This document shows, piece after piece, positions 60,601 to 64,000 of a stretch of 64,000 bases of DNA. The stretch is from contig NC_087438.1 in the NCBI RefSeq assembly GCF_036321535.1, forward strand, positions 7,008,001 through 7,072,000, read 5' to 3'. Positions within the stretch are counted from its first letter, which is position 1; each line of letters opens with the position of its first letter. The notes beneath the pieces are model-generated. The model did no database searches. It had not been told where the DNA came from and worked only from the letters and a program-made list of their open reading frames with translations. The DNA comes from Camelus dromedarius (Eukaryota). The position numbers and the translations under genes are program-made.

Positions 60601-61099
60601 CTTTATATTAATTTAATGTTAAGCACTTAGAGACAAATTCCTAACTTTACATGTTTTTATTGCTAAACAAGAAGGAATAGAAATCAATGAAATAAGTAAT
60701 GTACTCGAGAAACCAGAAGAACATCAACAACAGCAAAACAGAAAAAGCAAGACGAAAAATATAATGACTCTAAAAACAGAAATTAATGAAATGAAAGACA
60801 GAAAGACAATAGCATTGATAAACATATCCAATATTTGAAAAGACCAGTAAAACAAACCCCAGACAAAGCTAATCAAGGAAAGCGAGTAAAAAGCACAAAT
60901 ACACATTATTAAGAATTGGAAAGGAACCACAACCACGATGTAAAAACTGATTTTTAAAATCATAAGCAAACACTATGAACCACTGTATTGTAATAAATGT
61001 TTAACTCTCAGTGAAGCGGTTAATTGTCTAGAAATAGTCTATTTCCTAAAACTGACTCTTGAAAGGGAAGCAAATCTGAATACATCAAGAATAAGGAAG

Positions 61100-61330
61100 C
61101 AGCTAACATTTATCCAGCATTGCTGGTGTCAGACACTCTTTGGCTGTCTTTAGTTTGTACTGTCTCAATCAATCTGCTCATCAACCTTGTGATGTAGGTC
61201 TTGTCATTATGCCTGTTTGTTCAGATAAAGACAGAGAAGTTAAGAAAAATTAAGAAGCTTCCCACCTCCTAATTACTGGAATTGGTGCATCTTGACCCTG
61301 GCAGTTCGGTGGCTGGCACTGTTGTTACCT
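61100..61330 (-). mobile_element. MIR
   Basis: AGCAGCTAACATTTAT..GTGTCAGACACT..CAACCTTGTGATGTAGGT..CAGATAAAG..CAGAGAAGTTAAG. Confidence 0.7.
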
Positions 61331-62359
61331 TTGCAGTGTGGAAGATATTGAACATTATGTCAAAGAGCAGCCCCAAGGACGCACGGGGGCAGTGCGACTT
61401 CCCCAGCAGGCTATTTCAAACTCTTGAGTAACTGATAATATCCACGGACTTAAACTGTTTCAGAAAATAATGAAGAAAGAAGTGTTTCATTTTGTTTTAA
61501 GAAGCTTGAACCACCTTAAATCAAAACATGACAAAGATAACTGCAAACTAAACCTCACAAATATAGATGCAAAAAATCCTATTATATCAAATCTAGAAAT
61601 ATATTGAAATAATAATATGCCCTGAACACATGTCATTTACAATAGGGGTATAAATATAGATGGTTCATAGTGAGAATTAAATTCTGGACATAATACATTA
61701 TATTCACAGGTCAAGGAAAGAAAATTACTCTTCTCAATAGATGTTAAATTTAATCTTCTTTCTGATTTTTTTAAAGATTTAGAAAAATAGGAATAGACCA
61801 ATACTTCTTTAACATATTAAATGACTTCTTTCCAACCAATAGCCAGCAGGATGTTTACCATTAAAATACTATAGCAGCATTTCTCAAACTACGCTTTATA
61901 GAATATCAGCTTCAAAAGAGAGAAATTTTTATTCTCCTATTGAAAGAACTCCATATTTCAAAAAACACAGTATATAATACATATTGTATTCCCATTTTGG
62001 AGATTCGAAATATACCTTACTGAATTAAATCTAGAAGAATAGCAAAAATAGCAAATTCTGAAAAGGTAGGCACAAAAGGCAGATTATAAATATTCAGTGT
62101 TAAGATATTGTGGTAATAGTAACTGAAAGAACAGACATCCCAAAAAGAGTAAATACAAGATTGTGGCATATGATAAATATACCATTCAAAACAAGGAACA
62201 AGGATCAGATTATTCAATAAAAGATATTGGGACAACTAGAAAAAATATACATCAGACCTTAAGCTCATATTTTACAAAAAAAAATGTAAATGCCTATGGC
62301 TTAGTTACATGTGAAAAAATGAAATCAAAGATTTATTTACAAAAACATGGATAGACTTC

Positions 62360-63850
62360 AAGTGTAAACATGGTTGTTTAAGTCTATATCCCTCTCACTG
62401 TCCTCCTCAAAATCATAAAACAAGAAGCATTACCAAAACAATGCAAAAACTTCACTGAAAGTATCATCAACAGACTTTAAAATATATGTAAAGACTGGTA
62501 AATGCAACTGAAACTGAGCAGAAGTTACACAGAAGGAAATAAAAAGAAAAGCACAGAGAATGGAAAGAGGACCTAGCTTGGCCAGAACTCAGAAAATGCC
62601 ACCAAGATGCACTTCCTGAAGATGAAGCACTGACACTTTATTATCAGACATGTTCCTTGTCTACAGCAGTAGTTGTGAAAGATGGGAGGTGAGCAGAGTC
62701 AGTGGCAGAAGCATAGTTGATTGAAAGAGGCAGAACAGAAGAGTGGGTGTAAAGAATCACACAAAAAGCCACATTTGCAAGAAACAATCTGTCTCTGAAA
62801 AGTCACCTTAGCCTCAGTAACCCACCGTCAAAAAGGAACCACTTACCAGCTGGTCAAGGAAAATATCATTCAATGATAAATAGTGAAAGTGGAATTAGCG
62901 TAACACTAATACAAAGATGAGGTGGGAGATAATGGGGAAAAGAGAAACAAAATGTATCAAACATGAAGAATGCTCACCAGAAAAATGTTGCCATCGAACA
63001 GATAAAAATTTCAAGAAAGTGTTTCACCAAATTTTAAAATATTCAATGTGGCAGTTATCTCTACAAGGAAGACCAGAAACACAGGGACCTAGGGAAGATG
63101 TGATTATTAGACAGAAAGAAAGAAAATAGGGGCTGGCATACTCCAAGAAAGAAGAAATGGATAAATATTGGAAGGAGCAGAAATGAGTCTTGATACTTTG
63201 GAAACTCAAGAAGAAACATCATAATGAGAAACATGAATATTATAAAACAAAGTTATAGAAAAGATTTTTTTTTTTTGTTAAAAATGATAGATCTGGAAAA
63301 CAGGTAAAGGAGATTCAACATGTATGTAATTGGAATCCTAAAGAAACCCAAAGCAATGTAACAAAGCTAATGTTTAATGACATAATCCACTAAATGTTCA
63401 TGAAATTAAAAAAGAAGAATGTAATCTGCAAAATTGAAAGGGTACACTGTGTACTAGGGAAAAAGTTGATCTAGGAGTGTTACTACCGAAACTTAATCAT
63501 AGTAAAATTTCTGGACTTTAGAAAAAGAAAAATATTCTAGACTAAGAAATCAATCTGTCTTTAGATTTATTCACTTAAAACCAGAAGATAAAGGAGCAGC
63601 ATTTATAAGGTACTCAAAGGGAAAATTTGACCTGTCTTTCAAGTATAAAGGGTACTTTTTTTTTTAATTGCAAGAAGTTAGAAAACATCATTATCATAAA
63701 TCCTTCTTGAGAAAGCTCCTAGAAAAACAAACTTTAGCCAACCAGAAGGCGATTAGAAAATAACAGGCAGAGAACCTGGTGGTGAGCATTGGACATATTT
63801 AATTGTAAAATAAACCGAAACACGTGCAGACTAGGGCCACAGCGCGGAAT
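62360..63850 (+). mobile_element. Ancient L1-ORF1-like/HAL1-like remnant
   Basis: GGAGATTCAACAT.TATGTAATTGGA.TCC, ATCTGCAAAATTGAAAGGG.ACAC, TAGTAAAATTTCTGGACTTTA, CTGTCTTTCAAGTATAAAGG. Confidence 0.6.
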
Positions 63851-64000
63851 GAAGTGCTACATGCCACCACAGTGAGGAAAGGACACAGACACAGTCCCGG
63901 GCGGGAAAGGATGAGAAGGTGAAAGGCAGAGTAAGCTTGCCAGTCGCCTCATTTGAAAGAGCTGGAAGACGACACTCATTGCAGCTGACAAATGAAATGG

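Larger units (their letters stand above)
59900..62350 (+). mobile_element. Ancient L1 ORF2 remnant (L1ME type), with MER58A and MIR insertions
   Basis: Decayed motifs ATTCTCTGGCCA.ATGCAATAAA.CTGGAAATTAA, CATGGAAATTAAAACAC, ATATAGATGCAAAAAATCCTA, TCAATAGATG. Confidence 0.75.

Overview
Mammalian genomic DNA, very probably camelid: two copies of a tRNA-derived SINE match the camelid vic-1 type as I recall it, and the young L1 3' ends are of artiodactyl type. The window is repeat-rich (L1 of several ages, L2, MIR, MaLR/ERVL/ERV1 LTRs, hAT and Tc/mariner MITEs) with several repeat-poor blocks that may be regulatory. I recognise no protein-coding gene; the only recognisable ORF-track hits are L1 ORF2 C-terminal remnants. 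Minus-strand splice signals and a plus-strand excess of LTR/L1 copies suggest, by inference, intronic sequence of a large minus-strand gene that I cannot name. The most notable items are: (1) a candidate 13-nt minus-strand microexon (12730-12742) behind a 130-nt AG-free zone, with a perfect 13-nt complement about 600 nt upstream; (2) a tailless retrocopy of the 5' half of tRNA-Gly(GCC) with a 14-bp TSD inside a 5'-inverted L1; (3) a composite L1 flanked by a ~42-bp duplication. Repeat family names come from remembered consensus sequences, not a search. Boundaries of old repeats are approximate. I found no convincing new biological system.
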